Part shown: one piece after another, positions 18,175 through 25,550 of the stretch
How the letters are laid out: every line of letters begins with the position of its first letter
Position numbering within the stretch: position 1 is the first letter of the stretch
Source of the DNA: Deltaproteobacteria bacterium
GTDB lineage: Bacteria > Myxococcota_A > UBA9160 > SMWR01
Reading direction: 5' to 3'
Length of the DNA: 30,392 nt
Assembly: GCA_032128375.1 (NCBI GenBank)
Contig: JAQBGU010000110.1
Coordinates: 1-30,392 of the forward strand
Translations under genes and position numbers: made by a program
The notes under the pieces: generated by a model
What the model saw: only the letters and a program-made list of their open reading frames with translations
Databases searched by the model: none
Told to the model about the DNA's origin: nothing

Positions 18175-19119
18175 TCAGACGGCCAGCGCATCGACCAGGA
18201 CGGCCGCCTCCGCGCCCTCCCGGGCCAGCTTCTCCACGCGGCCGCGGACGGCGGCGTCTGCGCGCATCAGGTCCCTCACCGGGACGCCGGCCTCAACGGC
18301 GGCCTTCACGCCCTGCACCGATTCGTAGTCGACGTTGGAGGCGAGGAATTTCCGGGTGAACAAACTCTCGTCCGTCCACTCCGCACTGTTCATCTTCGGG
18401 TCGGCGAGCGGCGGCAGACCGAGAGTGACTCGCGCGGCGGCAAGCGGCTGCGACAGTAGGTCCTCCCACGGGACCGACTCGAACGGGAGGTGCAGGCGCG
18501 CCGTCGTCCCGCGCTGCCAGGCCTCGCGCAGGTAGCCGATCCAACGACGCTTTCCGATGCTCGGTCGCATCAGGCGCGGCGCGAGGCCAAACGGACTCCA
18601 GAACGTCGTCCGCCACGACATGCCGACGTTGTAGCCTCCGGAGAAGTAGATATTGAGCCCTTCGCCAGCGAGATCGGCGCCGTAGCCGCTGACCACGTGC
18701 ATCAGGTCGTGGGTCTGGATCCAGCGCTCGAAGGCCCAACGCAGCTCGTTGTCCATCGGAACCGAGTCGAACCAGTCGTCCTTGTAGATCAATCCCGAGA
18801 GCATGTAGCCGGGGACCGTCTCCGGGTGATCCATGAATGTGTGATAGGCGCGGCCGAGCGAACCTTCGGGCATGGCTGCGAGGGCCGGCATATCGTTCAG
18901 CGCGGCGCACAGATCCGGGCGTTCATCGAGCAAGCGCCGGCCGACCGGATGGTCGCGCATGGCCATGCGCCGCTCGTGCACTTTGCGTCCGCCCATGTTG
19001 ATCGCGATGCGAAATCCACGCGAGGCGCCGCGTTCGCTGACCGGGCCCGACAACCAGATCAAGCCGTCGCGTGCAGCCGCCCACAGATTTCGTTCGGGGT
19101 AGGTCAGAGTGGCTTCCAT
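18175..19119 (-). CDS. Coq4-family protein
   Basis: HP.GRRLL..RP, L.AMPEGSLGRAY..FM and the metal motif HDxxH-x11-E (HDLMHVVSGYGADLAGE). ATG 19119 has RBS AAGGAGA. Confidence 0.85.
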   Translation of the reverse strand: MEATLTYPERNLWAAARDGLIWLSGPVSERGASRGFRIAINMGGRKVHERRMAMRDHPVGRRLLDERPDLCAALNDMPALAAMPEGSLGRAYHTFMDHPETVPGYMLSGLIYKDDWFDSVPMDNELRWAFERWIQTHDLMHVVSGYGADLAGEGLNIYFSGGYNVGMSWRTTFWSPFGLAPRLMRPSIGKRRWIGYLREAWQRGTTARLHLPFESVPWEDLLSQPLAAARVTLGLPPLADPKMNSAEWTDESLFTRKFLASNVDYESVQGVKAAVEAGVPVRDLMRADAAVRGRVEKLAREGAEAAVLVDALAV

Positions 19120-19237
19120 GGCGGATCTCCTTCGACGTGAAATGCCCCGATCGGCGCCCTTCACCGGACGTTGGACGAAGTTGGCCCTCTTGGGACATCG
19201 TGAACCCCTTCTCTCGGGATACTGCGCAATTTTGGGG

Positions 19238-19290
19238 TTGAAATGGAAAAATACAATTTTACCGTGTTCAATTAATTGTACGTGATAAAC
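19238..19290. promoter_or_regulatory. AT-rich divergent promoter with candidate TetR operator
   Basis: Inverted repeat TACAATT (19252-19258)-N15-AATTGTA (19274-19280), overlapping the perfect palindrome CAATTAATTG (19269-19278). Lies between the coq4-like gene and tetR. Confidence 0.5.
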
Positions 19291-19333
19291 TCGGTACTTC
19301 GTCGGGCCTCCGCGGTCGACGTAGGGGCCCCCC

Positions 19334-20029
19334 ATGGATCTGCGGACCGAACAGAAGGCCGAACGCCGCGAGCGAATTCTGGGTAGCGCCCGCGAGATGA
19401 TCGGGGCACGTGGCTACGAGTCACTGACGATGCGCGACCTGGCCCGCGCCGCGCGTGTGACGGTACCCACGATCTATAACTTGATTGGCGGCAAGGAAGC
19501 GGTGCTGTTCGCGGCGGTGGAGGAGCAGACCGCACAGTTTCTGGCCGCGATCGAATACGATGGCAAACCGTGCGCTGGATCGCGGGCGCTGACCGTGGTC
19601 GACTCGTGTACGCGCGAGATGCTGCGCATGCCGAGCTACTACCGGTCGCTATTGGGAATCTTGCTGCAATCCGAACCGGCTCGTGGGATGCGCGACCTGG
19701 TCGATCGAGCATTGGTTGGCGAATTCCAGTCGGCCCTCGCGCAGTTGCGCGACGCAGGCGAACTCGTCGATTGGGTGGACCCCTCGACCCTTGCACGCAG
19801 CCTGACCATCCAGCTCGAGATCACATCGATGCGCTGGGCGGGCGGCGAACTCGACTCCAAACAGCTACCGGACGCGGCCGTCTATGGCGTCGGACTCATG
19901 CTGCTCGGTGCGGCGACTGGCGCCAGCCACCGCATGCTCGCATTGCGCGTCGCACGTGCGCAGGGTCGCATTCAGAAGCGCCCGCGCGATAAAAGAAGCA
20001 TTGCGGAGGTTGTGGATGCCCAAGCTTGA
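19334..20029 (+). CDS. TetR/AcrR family transcriptional regulator
   Basis: N-terminal HTH RERILGSAREMI..RGYESLTMRDLARAARVTVPTIYNLIGGKEAVL. Confidence 0.93.
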   Translation: MDLRTEQKAERRERILGSAREMIGARGYESLTMRDLARAARVTVPTIYNLIGGKEAVLFAAVEEQTAQFLAAIEYDGKPCAGSRALTVVDSCTREMLRMPSYYRSLLGILLQSEPARGMRDLVDRALVGEFQSALAQLRDAGELVDWVDPSTLARSLTIQLEITSMRWAGGELDSKQLPDAAVYGVGLMLLGAATGASHRMLALRVARAQGRIQKRPRDKRSIAEVVDAQA

Positions 20030-21077
20030 ACATCCGTTGACGCGCGCAATCTACGAATCACAGGACGATGGCCTCGTCAAAGTGACCCACAATGGCAAGC
20101 AAGGTGTGTTCGACCTGACCGGGCGCTGGCGATCGGGCGAGCTGCGTTACGCCGACCCGCACATGATCCTCTGGGTCGGCGGCCCGGGGGTGAAGGGCGG
20201 AATGCTGGGTGCGGGTACCTCGCTGCGGGGGCGACCGCCCCGCACGAGCGTTCCGCCGAAATTGAAGACGACATCGCGGAGCCACGGCGACGCGAACACC
20301 AACAGAGGGAGTTCGGAAATGGATCTGGGACTGGACGGCAAGAAGGCACTGGTTACCGCCGCGACGCGCGGTATTGGGTTGGCGATCGCTCAGGAACTCG
20401 CGGATGCGGGCGTCGATGTGGCGATCTGCGCGCGCAGCGAAGGCGGGCTGGAGAGCGCCAAGAAAGATCTCGAAGCGCGCGGCGTCAAGGTCTTCACGAA
20501 GGCCGTCGACGTCGGCGACGGCGACGCCATTCGCGGTTTCGTCCGCGAGGTGGGCGAGGCGTTCGGCGGGCTCGACATCGTGGTCTGCAATGCGAGCGGC
20601 GGCTCCGCGATGGGCGACGACGGCTGGCAAGGCAACTTCAATGTCGACCTGATGGGGTCTGCGCGTGCTGTCGAAGCTGCAACACCGCTGCTTTCCGAGA
20701 GTGAATCCGGAGCAATCGTATTCATCAGCAGCACCGCGGCGCTCGAGTTCCTCGGCGTCGCGCAACCCTACAACGCGATCAAGGCCGCATTGATCGCACA
20801 CGCAGCGGACCTGTCACAAGCGCTCGCGCCCCTCGGCATTCGCGTCAATACTGTGTCGCCCGGACCGATCTTCTTCGAGGGCGGCAACTGGGAAATGATC
20901 AAGAACGCCATGCCGGCGATTTACGATCGAGCGCTCGGGCAATGCGCGATCGGACGTATGGGCACACCGGAAGAAGTCGCGCGCGCCGTCACATTCCTCG
21001 CCAGTCCCGCCGCCAGCCTGATCACCGGCGCCAACCTGGTTGCAGACGGCGGGTTCACCAAGCGAGTCGCGTTTTAG
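20016..21077 (+). CDS. SDR family oxidoreductase with an in-frame ~57-aa N-terminal domain and linker (SDR domain alone 20319-21077)
   Basis: SDR motifs TAATRGIG, CNAS, ISS, YNAIK, IRVNTVSPGPI and GANL.ADGG. ATG 20016 (RBS GGAGG, overlapping the tetR 3' end) and ATG 20319 (RBS GAGGGAG) are in frame with no stop between them. Confidence 0.88.
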   Translation: MPKLEHPLTRAIYESQDDGLVKVTHNGKQGVFDLTGRWRSGELRYADPHMILWVGGPGVKGGMLGAGTSLRGRPPRTSVPPKLKTTSRSHGDANTNRGSSEMDLGLDGKKALVTAATRGIGLAIAQELADAGVDVAICARSEGGLESAKKDLEARGVKVFTKAVDVGDGDAIRGFVREVGEAFGGLDIVVCNASGGSAMGDDGWQGNFNVDLMGSARAVEAATPLLSESESGAIVFISSTAALEFLGVAQPYNAIKAALIAHAADLSQALAPLGIRVNTVSPGPIFFEGGNWEMIKNAMPAIYDRALGQCAIGRMGTPEEVARAVTFLASPAASLITGANLVADGGFTKRVAF

Positions 21078-21132
21078 CGGTCGCGGACACCTGGCGGTCC
21101 CCACAGCAGGTACCCAACCGAGGAGAAGTTGC

Positions 21133-22500
21133 ATGTCGACAGCCGAACGCACACCGGAGCTCGCGCACTCGAGTGGGATCACCTACCAGGAGCTGCTCGA
21201 TACCGACAGCCATCCTGTCCCCGAGATCCTGCGCGAACAATCGCCACTGCACCTACCGTCGACGTTCGTACCGCGCGAACGCTACGTGACACAGCAATAC
21301 CACGACCTCGAAATGGAGAAGCTGTGGAGCCGGGTCTGGCAGTTCGCATGCCGCGAGGAAGAGATACCGGAAGTCGGCGATCACAGCGTCTACGACATCG
21401 GCGACTTCACGATACTGATTGCGCGCAACGACAACGGGGAGATCAACGCGTTTCACAATGTGTGCCAGCATCGCGGTCGTCAGCTGCGAGAGTACGGCGG
21501 CCGCGTATCCGAGTTTCGCTGCCCGTTCCACGGCTGGGCCTGGAAGCTCGACGGATCGCTCTCTGAAATCCCGTGCCGCTGGGATTTCCCGCACGTCGAG
21601 CGCGAAGATCGCAAACTGCCGCCCGTCAAGGTCGGCTGTTGGGGCGGGTTCGTCTTCATCAACATGGACCTCGATTGCGAACCGCTCGAGGCTTTTCTCG
21701 GCGATCTTCCGCGCCACTTCGAGAAGTGGCCACTCGAAGACAAGTACAAAGCTGCCCACGTCGCGAAGGTCGTGGGCTGCAATTGGAAGGTGGCACAAGA
21801 AGCTTTCATGGAGGCGTACCACGTCGTCGGCACGCATCCGCAGCTTGCGGCATCGATTGGTGATGCAAACTCGCAATACGACGTCTGGGAGAACTTCAGT
21901 CGCGCAATCACGCCCAACGGCACGCCCAGCCCGCATCTGAACTGGACACCCACCGAACAGGAGCAGCTCGACAACCTCACCGGCCGCAACGTCGATGGAC
22001 CAGCGCTGATGCAGCTGCCCGCGGGTATGGGGACGCGCGAATTGATGGCACAGGCTGCACGTGTGCAGATGCAAGCTGTGGTTGCTGGCGTGCACGATAT
22101 CTCGGACGCAGAACTGAACGACTCGTTCTACTACTCGCTGTTCCCGAACTTCCACCCCTGGGCGGCCTTCAACCGGATCGTCTACCGCTTTCGTCCACTC
22201 GGCAACGATCCGAACAAGAGCCTGATGGAATGCTTGTACCTGCAGCCGTTTCGCGGCAAGCGCCCGAAACCGGCGGAAATCACCTGGTTGACCGAGGACG
22301 ACGACTGGACCAAGGCTACCGAGCTGGGCTTCCTATCCCGCGTGTTCAACCAGGACATCTTCAATCTGCCGAAAGTTCAGAAGGGCCTGCGGGCCGCGGT
22401 CGCAGGCGGCGGCGGTACGGTTGTGTTGGCGAACTACGAAGAGGCGAAGATCCGCCACTTCCACCATCTATACGCGAAGTGGTTGGGGTTGCCGACCTGA
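21133..22500 (+). CDS. Rieske non-heme iron oxygenase alpha subunit
   Basis: Rieske ligands CQH-x16-CPFH; mononuclear Fe site NWK...EAFMEAYHVVGTH and distal QD; RBS AGGAG. Confidence 0.95.
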   Translation: MSTAERTPELAHSSGITYQELLDTDSHPVPEILREQSPLHLPSTFVPRERYVTQQYHDLEMEKLWSRVWQFACREEEIPEVGDHSVYDIGDFTILIARNDNGEINAFHNVCQHRGRQLREYGGRVSEFRCPFHGWAWKLDGSLSEIPCRWDFPHVEREDRKLPPVKVGCWGGFVFINMDLDCEPLEAFLGDLPRHFEKWPLEDKYKAAHVAKVVGCNWKVAQEAFMEAYHVVGTHPQLAASIGDANSQYDVWENFSRAITPNGTPSPHLNWTPTEQEQLDNLTGRNVDGPALMQLPAGMGTRELMAQAARVQMQAVVAGVHDISDAELNDSFYYSLFPNFHPWAAFNRIVYRFRPLGNDPNKSLMECLYLQPFRGKRPKPAEITWLTEDDDWTKATELGFLSRVFNQDIFNLPKVQKGLRAAVAGGGGTVVLANYEEAKIRHFHHLYAKWLGLPT

Positions 22501-22587
22501 TCCCAGCCGCGTTCTCCCGCATCACGCGCGCGACAGGCGCGGGCCGATGCGCGAATTCGCACTCGTGGGATGTTGTATGTTCCCATC

Positions 22588-24255
22588 ATGACGGCAACCA
22601 GCCCAACCGCAGGGCGCTGGCTTTTCGGGCCCGTCTCAGACCTGCTTCTCGGATGCGGGGGCTTGTACGCGATCGTGCTGGTTGCGTTCGCTATCGAAGG
22701 ACCCGAGCTTCGCGCCGAAGAAGCCATCTGGCTCGGCCCGCTGCTGGTGCTGTTGCTCGGGGCACCGCACTACGGCGCGACCCTACTGCGTGTCTACGAG
22801 CAACGGGCCAGCCGCCGCGCTTATGCGATTTTTTCGGTCTACGCGACCCTGCTGATCGCGGCGCTGTTCCTCGGAAGCCTGTGGAGCGGGTTGATTGCCA
22901 GCGCGTTGGTTACCGTCTATCTGACCTGGAGCCCGTGGCATTACACCGGTCAGAACTACGGCCTCGCGATCATGTTCGCGAGGCGCCGCGGCGTCGCGAT
23001 CACCCCGCTGACGAAACGGCTGCTGTACGGCTCATTCGTGATCTCGTACCTGATGACTTTCCTGGTCTTCCACGGCGCCTCCGGTAGCGTGCCGACACCG
23101 GAGTTCGCTTCGGGTCCGCGCAACTTGTTCTGGTCGATCGGGATCCCGCAGCCGATCATCCAGATCGTCTTCCCATTGGCTTTGCTGGCATACCTTGGAG
23201 CGCTGTTGGGCGCGGGCTGGCTTCTGGTGCGCGCGTCGTCGCTACGCGACGCATTACCGACGGCGGCATTGGCGGCCTCCCAGGCGCTGTGGTTCTCGAT
23301 TCCAGTCGTACTCGGACACTGGCAGCTGTCAATCGGAATCGAGCCACTCGGCTGGAAACTTCGCGACTACTACTTTTTCTGGATCGCGCTCGGGCATTCC
23401 ACGCAATACCTTTGGATCACGACCTACTATGCGCGCGAGTCGGGCGATTGGGCCGGTTACCGAAGCTACTTCGGGAAGATTCTGGTGGTCGGCACCGCGC
23501 TGTGGACCTTCCCGGTCATCCTGCTCGATCCGGCGCGGGTCGGGTTTCTTCCCAACAGCAGCTCGCTGGCGCTGATGGTCGCCTCCGCGGTCAACATTCA
23601 CCACTTCATCCTCGACGGGGCGATCTGGAAGTTGCGCGATAGCCGCATCGCTTCGATCCTGATTCGGCGCGATGCCACTGCGCCCGATGCCATCGGCCGG
23701 CGCGACCCGGCTCGGCCCTGGCAGCGGCGCAGTATCTGGGCCATTGCGATCGCGGGCTGCATGCTGGCGTTTTTCAAGTACGCACATCAGGATCTGTTAT
23801 TCCCGCTCGCCATCGCAAGAAACGATTTCGACGACGCGCGATCCATCATGGAGCGCGTGAACTGGGTCAGTCACATCAGCGATGAGGCGAGGGTTGGCGT
23901 TGAAGCGGCCCAGATCCAGCATGAGCGCTACGTGCGTGAATCCGGCCGTCGGCGCGATCGTCGAGCCGGTTTGATGCATCCCATCTCGCCTCACCACAAG
24001 CGCGCACAACAACTCGCGAAGGCGGGCGATTGGGACGCTGCGCTCGCACAATATCGCGCCGCCCTCGAGCTGGACCCCGAGAATGCCGAATCCTTTCGCG
24101 GCGCCGGCGAGGCGCTGCTCGCGCTGGGTCAGCCGAAATTGGCCGTCGAAATGTACGAGAGGCTCGTCGAACTACTGCCATGGGATCAGCGCGCGAAGAG
24201 CCAGCTGATGGCTGCCCGCAGGCGGGCCAGCGGGGCGCCGCCAGGCGCCTACTAA
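22588..24255 (+). CDS. Polytopic membrane protein with four His motifs and C-terminal TPR repeats
   Basis: About 10-11 hydrophobic segments carrying GAPHYGAT, SPWHYTGQNYG, GHSTQY and IHHFILD. TPR consensus AGDWDAALAQYRAALELDPENAESFRGAGEALLALGQ...A...YE....LLP. Alternative start at 22570. Confidence 0.8.
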   Translation: MTATSPTAGRWLFGPVSDLLLGCGGLYAIVLVAFAIEGPELRAEEAIWLGPLLVLLLGAPHYGATLLRVYEQRASRRAYAIFSVYATLLIAALFLGSLWSGLIASALVTVYLTWSPWHYTGQNYGLAIMFARRRGVAITPLTKRLLYGSFVISYLMTFLVFHGASGSVPTPEFASGPRNLFWSIGIPQPIIQIVFPLALLAYLGALLGAGWLLVRASSLRDALPTAALAASQALWFSIPVVLGHWQLSIGIEPLGWKLRDYYFFWIALGHSTQYLWITTYYARESGDWAGYRSYFGKILVVGTALWTFPVILLDPARVGFLPNSSSLALMVASAVNIHHFILDGAIWKLRDSRIASILIRRDATAPDAIGRRDPARPWQRRSIWAIAIAGCMLAFFKYAHQDLLFPLAIARNDFDDARSIMERVNWVSHISDEARVGVEAAQIQHERYVRESGRRRDRRAGLMHPISPHHKRAQQLAKAGDWDAALAQYRAALELDPENAESFRGAGEALLALGQPKLAVEMYERLVELLPWDQRAKSQLMAARRRASGAPPGAY

Positions 24256-24350
24256 GGGGTCTTGTTTCCCCGTGATCGAGCACAGCCACAACCCGCCCGG
24301 GCGCGCTCCCGAAGTTGTGGGTGATAGCGCCTCGCGGATTCTCGAATGGG

Positions 24351-24436
24351 AAAATTCCTGAGAAGGTGCCGCGCTGGCGCGATTCGAAGCATTGAGAATT
24401 CCTGGGAAGGTTGTCGCGCCTTGGCGATTCGAACAT
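24351..24436. repeat. Imperfect ~44-bp direct repeat, 2 copies
   Basis: AAAATTCCTGAGAAGGTGCCGCGCTGGCGCGATTCGAAGCAT (24351-24392) vs AGAATTCCTGGGAAGGTTGTCGCGCCTTGGCGATTCGAACAT (24395-24436). Confidence 0.75.
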
Positions 24437-24483
24437 CCTTCGGGCCGTTCCAACCGCTGTGCGGTAGCCTGTTGCGTCTACGT

Positions 24484-24523
24484 CATCGGAATCCATCGGA
24501 AAGCTTCGGAAAGCTTCGGAAGG
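24484..24523. repeat. 10-bp tandem repeat x4 directly upstream of the decaheme cytochrome gene
   Basis: CATCGGAATC CATCGGAAAG CTTCGGAAAG CTTCGGAAGG. Confidence 0.85.
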
Positions 24524-24533
24524 ACGCGCCATC

Positions 24534-25550
24534 GTGTCCAGCTGCAGAACCTCCTCCCGCGGTGCCACGCTCGACGTCGAGACGAACGTTCGGGTCAGAC
24601 CGTCCAAGCAGGCCGCCATCTTCCCGCCGCTGTTCGTCTCCGTTGTTCTGACGCTTGGCTTATCCGGCACGATGGCCCGCGCGCAATCCACAAAGGTTCC
24701 CGTTTCGGACGCGCAACCGGGCTTTGTAGGCGAGGCCACTTGCCGGTCCTGTCACACCCTCGAGGCACAACACTGGTCGACCACGATCCACGCGCGGCTG
24801 GCCAGCAACGCGGTTGAAAAATCTGGCTGCGAGAGTTGCCACGGTCCCGGCTCGGCGCACATCCAGGACCCGTCCGATCGAGAGCAGATCGTTGCGTTCA
24901 CCCGCGATTCGAACACGCCCGTCGAGACCATGAACGGAATGTGCCTGGCATGTCACAATGGCGGTGAGCGAATCTACTGGTCCGGCTCGACCCACGAGCG
25001 ACAAGACCTGGCTTGCAGCGATTGCCACAACCCGATGGCCACACAATCACCTCGGGGCCTGCTTGCCAATGCAGGTGTCTCGCAAGTCTGCTTGAAGTGC
25101 CATCCAACACAGCGCATCGAGTTTCAAAAGCGCTCCCACATGCCCGTTCTCGAGGGCAAAGTCGCCTGCAGCGATTGCCACCAACCTCACGGTTCGGCGA
25201 CCGACCCGCTGCTCCGAGCCGATAGCGTGAATACTTTGTGCACGGGCTGCCACGCCGAGAAGCGCGGGCCGTTCCTGTGGGAACACGCACCCGTGGTCGA
25301 CAGCTGTCTCAACTGCCACTACCCGCACGGTTCCAACCACGAAGCGCTGCTGGTCGCCCCCGCGCCGTTTCTGTGCAATCGATGTCATGGCGAGGTGGGA
25401 AGTTTCGGCCACCCCAACGACCTTCTGGTCGAGGGCAATCTCGCTCGCGGTGCTCGTCCCGACGAGAGGATCTTGAATCGCGGCTGCGTGAACTGCCATG
25501 CCCAGATTCATGGTTCGAATCATCCCTCGGGCGCGCGGTTTCATCGATGA
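24534..25550 (+). CDS. mtrA: Periplasmic decaheme c-type cytochrome, MtrA/DmsE/MtoA family
   Basis: Ten CxxCH motifs (CRSCH, CESCH, CLACH, CSDCH, CLKCH, CSDCH, CTGCH, CLNCH, CNRCH, CVNCH), family signatures HAEKRGPFLWEHAPV and IHGSNHPSG, signal peptide ending ARA. Exact start uncertain. Confidence 0.95.
   Translation: MSSCRTSSRGATLDVETNVRVRPSKQAAIFPPLFVSVVLTLGLSGTMARAQSTKVPVSDAQPGFVGEATCRSCHTLEAQHWSTTIHARLASNAVEKSGCESCHGPGSAHIQDPSDREQIVAFTRDSNTPVETMNGMCLACHNGGERIYWSGSTHERQDLACSDCHNPMATQSPRGLLANAGVSQVCLKCHPTQRIEFQKRSHMPVLEGKVACSDCHQPHGSATDPLLRADSVNTLCTGCHAEKRGPFLWEHAPVVDSCLNCHYPHGSNHEALLVAPAPFLCNRCHGEVGSFGHPNDLLVEGNLARGARPDERILNRGCVNCHAQIHGSNHPSGARFHR

Noticed and set aside
24256..24533. FNR or Fur box upstream of mtrA
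   Set aside because: No TTGAT-N4-ATCAA or GATAATGAT-like match seen.
25238..25546. N-terminal extension making the porin 942 aa
   Set aside because: Overlaps the cytochrome gene; ATG 25547 gives a proper signal peptide and an ATGA coupling.
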